DNA from: Rozella allomycis CSF55
Taxonomy: Eukaryota
NCBI GenBank assembly: GCA_000442015.1
Contig: KE561064.1
Span: 1-58,027 of the forward strand
Reading direction: 5' to 3'
DNA length: 58,027 nucleotides
Below the pieces are notes generated by a model that saw only the letters and a list, made by a program, of their open reading frames with translations, was not told the DNA's origin and made no database searches. Numbering within the stretch: position 1 is the stretch's first letter; each line of letters opens with the position of its first letter. The translations under genes were made by a program, and so were the position numbers. Positions 48,478 through 58,027 of this stretch are shown here, in pieces.

Positions 48478-49138
48478 ATGAACCCTTTTACGAAATTTCG
48501 CGCCAAAATGACAAATATTGTCTCCACAGCGGATTTGCTGGAAATGACGATAAAGACCGGTGAAATACCATCAGCGTTACACTCTGTGCAAAATTCTTAT
48601 CAAGATTTGTTAAATCTTAGACAAACTCAAATTGAAGGACAAAGAAGCTTGATTAAAAGTAAGGATTTTATTTTCTGTACCTAAGAGTGGATGAAAAATG
48701 TAGAGAAAAGCAAATTAGAATCGCAAAGGCCCGAAAACAAGACTGCTGAAGAGCATCAACGACTTATGGAAAAACTGGACGAACAGAAATTCATTACGGC
48801 CAAACACATTAATGACCTGGAATTTGCATTAACGTAAACATTTTTATATAATGCTATATAGATCGTTGGAAAAAGAAAAGGGGCAGCTAGAAAGAGAGAT
48901 TGAGAAATTGAACCAACAATCCCAAACGTTAGACGAAAGGTATGAAGTGATCAACCGGCAAGAAATGTATACACACATAGGCTTCGAAGCAATTGTTGAA
49001 GAAGGAACTGTCAAAAAAGTACGAGTAAAGAATTCGATTAAAAATGATGTCTTTACGTTGAAAGTAGCCGATTTAAACAAATTAGACGAATTTGAAAGAG
49101 CGAATTATCTTTGGAGTTTATTAAGTGCAAAATCATAA
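48478..49138 (+). CDS. SPC24: Kinetochore Ndc80-complex subunit Spc24-like
   Basis: Coiled coil (FITAKHINDLE..LEREIEKL) and C-terminal DEFERANYLWSLL. Two micro-introns. Confidence 0.7.
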
Positions 49139-49139
49139 A

Positions 49140-50571
49140 TTAGCTGATTTTTGATTCCAATAATTTTTTCATTGAATTTACGGGTTCTGAGGTTTTTAGT
49201 TTTACTACAACACCATTCCCTGACGCTGAGGATGAAATCCAATCAGGAAGCAATTTTTCTAATTTTTCTATTTCTTTTTTTGATTCATCTATGTTGATTT
49301 TGATTTTTCTTTACCGTATGATAATCCCAACAAAGGATTCTGAGAGAGTGATTGTAACACTTCGTGAATAAACAAACTGGTCTTTCTTTTACTCAGAAAC
49401 AATCTTTTAGACAAAAAATATAGCTTTACATATAAAGAGCATCCATTAATGAAGATAACAAAAATAAATCCGGTTTTTCTTTCATCATTTTGAAATTAGA
49501 TTCTTTTTCGAGTCTAGCCTTTTCTTTCAACCTAACTCTCTCAAGGAGAGAAAGCTTTTTATTTTCTGCAGGTAAAGCATTTTCTTTTTCTTCTACATTT
49601 TTATCTAAATCGCTTTTAGCCGAAATAGGGATCGATTGTTGAGATTTATTAGAACTATTCACGTCGACATCATAAAGTTGAGTTTCGGGAATTTCAGATT
49701 TATTTATCCAAATCGTCTTTAATCGTTTTTCAAACAAAGCTTTTCTCTTATACAAAAATTCGCCAGATTGAATCGCTCTTTTCGCTTCTTCGTCTGTAAC
49801 AGATTCAATGTTTTTATTAAATTGAATAGCATGTGAAGATGTCCGCTTTCCCTCAAACATTACTTTAACTGGCTCAAAAATGTATCCCTCGGGATAAACT
49901 GTCTTTATTTGCTTCAGGTGGCCTTCATTCACGTTTCTCTTGTAAATGACACAAAATTATTACTTTCTGCAGACATTTTCTATCGGTTTTTTCATTTTAT
50001 GGAATATACATGTCTCACCTCTGTTGGACACAAATGACACAGTAGAATCTAATGCCATAAAGATTCGATATAAAGATTCCAGTCTTTCGGGCAAACTCAC
50101 TTTTGTTAAATTAGGCACTTTTAAATGGGCATACTTTTTATACGCCGGTATCTTATCATCCGATTCTAACAAGTTTTTTGGCTTTACAGCATGTGTGTCA
50201 CTTGTCTCCAAAATTTTGCGCGCAATACTTTCATTTTTAATATTCTATGACATTAATAACTGAAAATATACTTTTGTAACAAAACTATCTGAAAATGACA
50301 GTGCCTTGTCCTCAATAGACCTGGCTTTAGACTCTTTCTCCAAAATATCTCCCTCCTTCTCTTGTCTTTGTCTATTTTCTCTTTTATCTGCGATTTCTTC
50401 TTTGTTATCAAAACTGACTGCCACCGAATCCGATGGTAGCGACATGTTGAAAGAGACGATTTTTTCCTCCGATTCATCTTGAAAAACTTTGAGTTTCTTT
50501 TTTTCCTTAGCATATGGTGATGTCTGCCTCTTTGTCGTCCGCAAATATGACTTTAAAGATGATTGTTTCAT
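49140..50571 (-). CDS. CDT1: DNA replication licensing factor Cdt1
   Basis: LPERLESLYRIFMALDS, FHKMKKPIENVCR, HLKQIKTVYPEGY, SLLERVRLKE and LLPDWIS motifs; PIP-like MKQSSLKSYL N-terminus. Confidence 0.88.
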
Positions 50572-50639
50572 TCAGTCGCGTCCGAAATTTCGCATTTTAA
50601 TTTTTATAAATTCAAATCAAAAAGATTTTATTTATATTG

Positions 50640-51130
50640 CTACACAGCCGAATTTTGATAACTTGTAGCTTTTTGATCTTCTGGTAATTGTATTGGTCTA
50701 GAATTGGGTTGATTAAAATCAGGAAAACTGGGGATGAAGGAAACAATAACATAGGCTACACCAAAAATACAAGAAACACTAGTAACGTATATTTGAAATG
50801 CCTTTTCATTATATACAAGACATCCGAGACTATTTTAGTTCAATATTGTTTTCGTTACAAAATTAAAGCGAATCCCCTTCCTTTGTACGTGTGAATAAAC
50901 TTTAAATATTCAACTGCTATTTCATTCACGGGATTATTAACGTCAATTGATATCAAACCAATGCAAAATATGCTAGTGTTAATTATCCAAATCCGTTACA
51001 TAACATACAAATGAGATATTATATTCGCAAATCCACCAGAAAAAATATCAACTAAAGAGGCTATAAGAATTTGCACGTTTAATATCCCATTAGCTATTTT
51101 GAAGGCAAGGAATAGCTTATCCGAATCCAT
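50640..51130 (-). CDS. TVP15/COPI-associated Golgi membrane protein
   Basis: Not in the ORF track. Minus-strand exons read MDSDKLFLAFKIANGIL..., FIHTYKGEGFALIL and IFGVAYVIVSFIP, forming a small multi-TM protein. Confidence 0.6.
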
Positions 51131-51412
51131 TTTAGAAATTTACCATGAATATAACAGCATTGGTAATTGAGGCATGCTATGAACATTTAATGGTAATCGT
51201 AATCAAAAATACTATAATTGTTTATATCAATGCGTTAATAGACCATAATAAAAATTGCTCGAGTCAATTAAGAAATCGTATTGTAATTAGTCTATGAAAA
51301 CAAAGGTATTTAGAGAGAAACAGCAATAAGTAAAGATAGTGGTACCTTTTTAGAGATTAGGAAAAGAATAAATTGGTAACTCGAATGGTTCATTCAATTC
51401 AAGAAATTTCGA

Positions 51413-53186
51413 ATGTCAATTCGTCATCTTCACAGGAGACTTATACCATTGATTTTCGGGTTTGGAGTTGCTGTAGCCACCCAAAGACATGGACCTTACT
51501 ACAGTGTTTTTTCTAATACCGCATCAACTTTTTTTCTAAGGCCATTAAGATTGCAGTGTGAAACAGATGAAACTCAATTAATACACTATACTTTGAAAGT
51601 GGATGATTTGTTGCCCCAGAAAAGAATTCCTCGACTCATGTTTTATGTTTCATGCATGATCAGATTTTTTCAACTTGGTATCTACTTTATACCGGCATTG
51701 CTGACCTTTCCTGTGGCATATTTGACGCAAGAAACCGTGTTTAAAAGCTCTATGAAAAATTGGTACAAGTTGCTTAGATGGACTTTACGAAAATCTGGAC
51801 CAACGTTCATAAAACTTGGGCAATGGGCATCTACAAGACCAGATATTTTTCCAGAAACATTTTGTGTTATACTTTCTAAATTACACGATGATGCATACAA
51901 ACACGCATACCAAGATACCATAGATATATTTAGAGTAGAATTGAATTCAGCGCCAAACGAAATATTTGACACTTTAGATCCTGAGCCTGTTGGATCTGGT
52001 TGTATAGCTCAAGTAAACTATGTAATCATATTGTAAAGGTTTATAGAGGAGTATTAAAGAAGAATCGCAAGATAGTCGCCGTAAAAGTTAGACATCCCAA
52101 CGTGGAAAATATTATAAAGAAAGATCTCGCTTTAATGTATTTTATCTTTAGGTCTATTGATTCAATACCATCGATGGAATGGATTGGTTTTTCTCGTCAA
52201 TGGATGGAATTTGGGACTATGATGTTAAAACAACTGGACTTTCGATTAGAAGCTAAAAATTTACAAAAGTTTGGATCAAATTTCAGATCTGACCATCATG
52301 TAGTTTTTCCGTCCCCGATTTTGGAACTAACGACTGAAGGGATCTTAATTGAATCATTTGAAGAGGCGTTCCCTGTTCAAGATATAATAAAACTAAGTGA
52401 CAATAGATTCAACGGCCTAAAGTCGCAGGTAGCTTTCTTAGGCCTACATTCATTTCTTAAAATGATGCTGTTGGATAATTTTACCCATGCTGATCTACAC
52501 CCAGGTAATACGAAAATTCATACTCAAAAGGAAATATTCTTGTTAGATTTGTAAAGAAAGTGTCCTACTTGAATAACTTTTGGTTAAAAACCCCGTTTCC
52601 TGTTTTCGTGCCATTTGAAGAGTCAATTGAGTCGGTAGATTTTATAGACGATAACAGGCCGATAGATGATCTACCGCTGCACATCAATTCCCTTCAAGAC
52701 CCTATTCTAAAAGAATTTCCGAATGTTTACGATCCTCAATTGATTTTCGTAGACACCGGATTAACAATACAGTTGGCCAAGCCTCAAATGAGAGACTTTT
52801 TGGACTTATTTGAAGCATTAGTTTTACAGAAAGATGGTTATAAAGTGGGTAAACTTATTGTTGAAAGATCACCGCAAAAAGCGCCTGCATTGAATCCAGT
52901 GCAATTTTGTTCAAAAATGGGAGAAATGATTACAGGCTTGCTTCAAGAATCAGGTTTAAATTTTGTAAAACATGACTTTGGTGAAATATTACTTTCGGTT
53001 TTTAGAATGGTCAGAGATCATCATGTTGTTCTTGATGAAAGATTTACGAATTTGGGAATGAGTCTAGTGATATTAGAGGGACTTGGGCGCCAGCTGAGCC
53101 CTTCGACAGATTTGTTTGAAGCAGCAAAGCCAGCTTTACTTTTAGCATTACGAAAGTGGATTAATTTAAAGCATGAATGTAAATAA
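51413..53186 (+). CDS. ABC1/UbiB atypical kinase (ADCK2-like, mitochondrial)
   Basis: GPTFIKLGQWASTRPD, GSGCIAQV, VAVKVRHP, QLDFRLEA, HADLHPGN, FVDTGL and LEGLGRQL motifs. Confidence 0.94.
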
Positions 53187-53225
53187 AACTATTTGATTTT
53201 TTATCGTGTATTTTGGAATTTTATC

Positions 53226-54712
53226 ATGTCAGAAATTCTTGGTGTACTGTTCAGAAATCTCAGAGAAGATACAACTATAGATGAATTGATAGTGGCCCAA
53301 TTATTGTCACTCTCGAATATTCAAATATCGGTGGAAAATGCTACTAGATTATTAATATATTGTAACGGCAATTTGGACGAAGCATGTTCCTTTTTATTAG
53401 ACCTGATAGGTGGAAAATAATACATTGATTAAACCGAATCCTTGCGTTATTTTGAGAGGTCTTGAGCATGCGATAAATTCTTGTTACTTGAATGCGTTGT
53501 TGTTCTCTTTATTCTCTGTTCATGATAACTTGGATTTTTTGCTGATTAGACCATTAGAAGATATGGGTAGAGATATCCTTCGAAAATTCACCCTTTGGCT
53601 AACGAATCAAATCCGTAAAGGACGTTGTATTGATGCATTCATTGTACACGAATACAGAATTTGTCTATTCGATCTTGGATTTTCCAACTATGGCGACATT
53701 GAAAAAGAACATGACGTTTACGAGTTATTCGGTTTTTTATTTGAAATGCTTGATGGTCCATTGCTAGCATTGCGCCAATCATTCCATCATGGCGCGAATG
53801 AAGATGTCAAACGAGACCAACGTGAAATTTTCGAAAGATCCATTCAGCTATCAATACTTTCTTCAAAAGACTCGTATGATTTATCCTTGATGATGAATGA
53901 TTTCTTTTTTGAAAACATTGTACCAGATTTAAACAGATTTGATTCCGCAAACGGATCGTTAAAAGTTAACGCATTGAGCACTTTGAATTTGCAACCTTTT
54001 TACAATTTTCACGGAGAAGTGTTCAGGCATGAAAGTGTGTTTGTACCAGTGGTAATAAAGAGATATACCGCAAAGCGAACCAAAAATTCAAAGCAAATAT
54101 TAATACCTTTTTACATTAATGCATCTAAATATATCTCTAGTAGCAATAATGGTTCTAGAAGGAGCTCAATGTTGGAATTCAAAGAATGTCGATATTTATT
54201 TGTTTTGAGATCAATTATTTGTCACGTTAATTCAGATTCCTTNTCCTTTCTACATTAATGCATCTAAATATGTCTCTAGTAGCAATAATGGTTCTAAAAG
54301 GAGCTCAATGTTGGAATTCAAAGAATGTCGGTATTTATTTGTTTTGAGATCAATTATTTGTCACGTTAATTCAGATTCCTTAGATTCAGGACATTATGTT
54401 TCTTTTGTTGCGCAAAAGCTGAATGGTCACGACGAGTACAATGTGTCATGGATAAAGTACGATGACATGGGCGTAAATCCAATCACGCTCATGGATTCAT
54501 ATAAAGAGAGCATTGAAGTACTTTTTGAATACATTGGAAAGAATGCCTACATGTTATTCTATGAACTGATAGATTTAGAAAATCTTGTCAAGGCAAGCAA
54601 GGAATATCTGTTACAAGAAGCCAACAATCAATCTGATTATTTACTGGCCCTTAAATTACAAAACGACGACTTTAAGAAGAATAGCAAGGAGAGCGTTTGT
54701 GCCCAACAATAA
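53226..54712 (+). CDS. Ubiquitin-specific protease (peptidase C19) with N-terminal UBA-like segment
   Basis: NSCYLNALLF (Cys box), EHDVYELF, SGHYVSF and WIKYDD motifs. Interrupted by an assembly duplication at N54243. Confidence 0.88.
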
Positions 54713-54795
54713 ATTTTAGTTTTTTGATTTTTCGTTTTTGATGGGAGATAAAAAGTTGAATGATATTTTGCACAGCAAGTAAATTTTCACCAAAT

Positions 54796-57458
54796 ATGAA
54801 ATCAAAGTATACGAGAAAGCCGTACCCGCAAACCAGCTGTACCGATTTTGAAAAGTAGGAATGCAACTGAGGAGAATGAATTTACTGAAAAGAAATATGA
54901 AAGAAGAAAGTCTATTAAGAAAAAATATACAAAAGGGTCGGAAATTCGTAAAATGGATGTTGAGATTGAGGGAAAAGAAGAGGGTGAATCGGTTAGTCGA
55001 GTAGCAGGAGAAATGGAAGAAGATTTGATTATAGAATATGACGATGATGTTGACACAAAACACCTTGATGGTCCTTCATTCATTTCTGTTGTAGAGGAAG
55101 CGAAACAACAAGTGGAAAAGGTGGTGGATGACAAAGTAGAAACGAAAAGGAATCGTTTTAATTATTTCCAGAAAAAAGATCATCGCAATGTAGTGAAAGT
55201 TGGAGATGCATGTGCTATAAAATTATCGACGGAGACAGAATCGGGGCCTGCTAGTCCCAGCATAAAGATGCCAGAATTCAGCCGAGTTGATAAAGTAGAT
55301 ACCACACCAAGAAAGAAACAGCAAACGAAACAAGAATTTATTGAATTTGAGAGTGATGAAGAAAAGTTTGATGAAAAGAATATTGTCAATGAAAAGAGTA
55401 ATTTGAATGAAAAGAATAATTTGAATGAAAATAACAATTTGATTAATCTTTTGATTAATGCTGATGATTCATTGATCAAGAATTCTTCAGAAACAAGTTT
55501 AGAAATTGAAGAAGCAAAACCAAATAAAAAGATCATAGAAATTCCAATAAATTTGAATAATGAAATGAAAGAAAAAAAGAAGAGAAAAACCAAAGAGGGT
55601 GAAAATGAAACCGAAAAGAAGCCAAAGCCTAAAAAGGTGAAAGAATTAGAAAAAGGGCAAAAGAAAATTTCCCCTTCATTCATTGCGACATCCACAACAA
55701 CTCCAACAATAGAAATTAAAGTTGATTATTATTATTCACCGAATCGTTTGTTCAACAAGTCGGTAGTTTTAGAATTTACAATTGACGCGTTGCTGAGAGT
55801 TAAAACAAAAGAACCAACAATATTTATGTTATCAGAATCGCTTATTTTCAGGTTTGAAAAGTACCAAAGAGTTTACATTTACGCAAATCGAAAAGTGGAT
55901 CGACGTTGTTTCGTTTTCTGTGTCAATCCAGTTTCTGCTAATGCTGTGAGAGATAATTTGATTGAAATGCATAATGAAGAAAAAATAAATGAAATCGTTG
56001 TAAGGTTTAAAATATCTCAAGATGTTGTTAAAGAAAACAAGGACGATGTTGAGTACATTCCTAAAACATCAAATTCTAAATCATTTTATTCTAATGAAAG
56101 AATAATTTTACCAAAAAGAATGACAAGAAGTTCGTTGGATTATTTTAGCTATGAAAATGGCGGGCTAGAGATAACGTTGCCTAGCTTCGCCACACCAATT
56201 TACATTCCAACAAAAGAAGAAAGAATGAATCCTGGAATGGAATTATTTATTTTCAAAGGAATAACTCTCTATGTTGCTGATCTCAGAAGATTAAATGATG
56301 GAGAATTCTTAAGTGACAACATTATCAATTTCTATTTAATGCATTTGTTTGATGAGAAATATTCTACAATAAAATCCAACATTCATTTAATGTCAACCCA
56401 TTTTTATTCTTCTTTTAAAGCCAGTTATGCAAAATACAAGAAAATAATAAAATCTACAAATCCAGATGAAGTTTCAATTTACCCCCATGAAGATGTTAAA
56501 CGGTGGACTAAAAATGTAAATATTTTTAAAAAAGAATTTATTATAATCCCAATCCATCAAAATTATCATTGGTCTGTTGTAATCATTTGGAATGCTTTCA
56601 ATATGTTTGAAGATCATGACATTAACGTTCTGTTATCCAAAGGAATTGAAAATCCTGATAGCGAAGTTTTTGATTATTATAAAACAAATCTCGCTTCATT
56701 GGAAGAAGAAGAGAGAGAAAAGGAATTAGCCTATCAATTCTACAATCAATCTCTTTTGGAATCACCAGATCTTTACGAAAATTCAGAAACAGTTATTAAC
56801 TTGACCGATGCAGAAATATTAAACACTCCAGAAACATCATCAACAAAACAATTTAGAAATAGACTAGATGAAATTCAAGATAGCTTTCTAAATGAACGGC
56901 TTAAGGATCAAGACATTGAAATGGAGATTATTGAAAGTAGACATCCTAAACAACAGTAAATAGAATTGTTCAATTTAAAAAAGGTGCCACATGTTTTATT
57001 TTGATTCACTTGGTGGAAGTAGAACTTGCAAAAGTATATTTGAAAATCTCAAAACATATTTAATCGCAGAAGCTAAAGAAAAATATAACATCAATGCCAA
57101 CTCTGATTATATTTCCACTTTCAATGTCAGAGTAACAAAAATTCACTATTCTTTATGCCAGTCTCCAATTCAACCAAACTGTTATGATTGCGGTGTTTAT
57201 CTCTTAAAGAACATTGAACAATTCTTTATACAACCAAAAGAAACTTGTGAATTAATTCTTGCAATGAAAGCAGCGGGAAGGTCACATACATCTCGTCTGG
57301 ACGCTTCAAACTGGTTTACTCATGGCGATGTTTCCAAAAAGCGTCAAGAATTGTACGACTTGTTTAGGAGAAAGCAGAAAGAACACTACAGCAGTAGGTT
57401 AACTCATATGCCTACGGTTGACCTTTCTTCAGAAGATGTTTGTATTATAGAAGACTAA
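54796..57458 (+). CDS. Ulp2/SENP6-7-like SUMO protease (peptidase C48)
   Basis: DGEFLSDNIINFYL, RWTKNVNIF, IPIHQNYHW, YFDSL and QPNCYDCGVYLL motifs; C-terminal SIM-like VCIIED. The start exon is inferred. Confidence 0.92.
55370..55441 (+). repeat. Coding 18-bp minisatellite, 4 copies (NEKxNL)
   Basis: gatgaaaagaatattgtc / aatgaaaagagtaatttg / aatgaaaagaataatttg / aatgaaaataacaatttg. Confidence 0.8.
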
Positions 57459-57514
57459 CATTCACAATAAATTTTAATTTTACAGCACAGTATACAATTT
57501 ATTTCAAATTTAGT

Positions 57515-58027
57515 TTACAACAGAAAGCCATCGTGTGCCGAATCATCTTGTTGCTTTGCCTTTTCATTTTCCTGAGCTTGGTCTTCTGGCTTTGCTTTTG
57601 TTTCTTCCAAGTTCTTCTTGGATTGATCGTTGTTCTTTTTGCATTTCTTCTTTTTTCCGCGAGTATTTTTTGCACGCAAATATTTCTTCTTTGGTTTTGC
57701 TGGCGTAATCGTATTGTCGGTAGATGCCAATCCATCATCATCCGTATTTTCACTTGAATCGTACAAATCTTCGTCAGTTGGTGCATTCAATTTGGTCTGT
57801 GAATTGTCATCTAATGCAGCGTTGTTATCAGAGCTAGAAGTGTCAGAAGCAGCAGTGGAGTCAATGTCACCATATACATTACTCCCATCGTTGGAATCGA
57901 CACTGTTTTTTCTATTAGATTTTTGAGCCTTTTTAACTTTTTTCTTTTTGACCGTCTTTTTGGGTTTCGGTTTAGGTTGTGTAGAATCTTCAGTGGGTTC
58001 AGGCGTATTATTATCCTCTGTGGGCTT
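57515..58027 (-). CDS. 3' part of a low-complexity acidic/basic protein running off the window
   Basis: Open minus-strand frame rich in D/E/S and Lys clusters, ending at TAA 57515. No domain recognised. Confidence 0.55.
   Translation of the reverse strand, partial: KPTEDNNTPEPTEDSTQPKPKPKKTVKKKKVKKAQKSNRKNSVDSNDGSNVYGDIDSTAASDTSSSDNNAALDDNSQTKLNAPTDEDLYDSSENTDDDGLASTDNTITPAKPKKKYLRAKNTRGKKKKCKKNNDQSKKNLEETKAKPEDQAQENEKAKQQDDSAHDGFLL

Noticed and set aside
54243-54243. Apparent frameshift or pseudogenisation of the USP gene
   Set aside because: It is explained by the N join with overlapping contig ends; the catalytic Cys, His and Asp are intact.
55180-55695. 171-aa Phe/Leu/Ser-rich minus-strand ORF that looks like a membrane protein
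   Set aside because: It is antisense to the Lys/Glu-rich region of the SUMO protease. The same applies to most short overlapping ORFs in the track.
122-57790. Alternative genetic code or stop-codon readthrough to explain fragmented ORFs
   Set aside because: The breaks I checked are resolved by GT-AG micro-introns, and the long ORFs translate normally.

Overview
This is AT-rich, very gene-dense eukaryotic DNA with tiny (~27-37 nt) GT-AG introns and intergenic gaps often under 60 nt. It carries fungal-type genes (Trl1 tRNA ligase, CE4 chitin deacetylases, vezatin-like, TVP15) together with flagellar genes (SPATA4/SPEF1-like CH domain, STPG1-like PGP repeats). This points to an early-diverging zoosporic fungus or relative; a Rozella-like cryptomycotan endoparasite is my inference, not proven. 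There are about 33 protein genes, mostly housekeeping: Ariadne RBR, ENPP, Sec14-GOLD, nucleotide-sugar transporter, FBP1, copine, NAE1, formin, TBCD, RhoGEF/GAP, SPC24, CDT1, ABC1 kinase, USP and Ulp2-like protease. A fragmented transposon cluster at ~21.9-28.6 kb (Merlin, KDZ, hAT, probable MULE) is stitched together by single-N assembly joins. The most notable observations are: (1) a convergent pair of related signal-peptide + F-box genes that look like secreted host-SCF-hijacking effectors; (2) a ~260-nt structured ncRNA candidate at 43.03-43.29 kb that I cannot assign to a family; (3) a duplicated type I membrane protein with a Cys-rich tail; (4) a PTEN/C2-formin with an intact CX5R motif; (5) an intronless, bacterial-looking zinc-binding gene; and (6) extreme compaction, with AATAAA fused to stop codons and two stop codons 1 nt apart.
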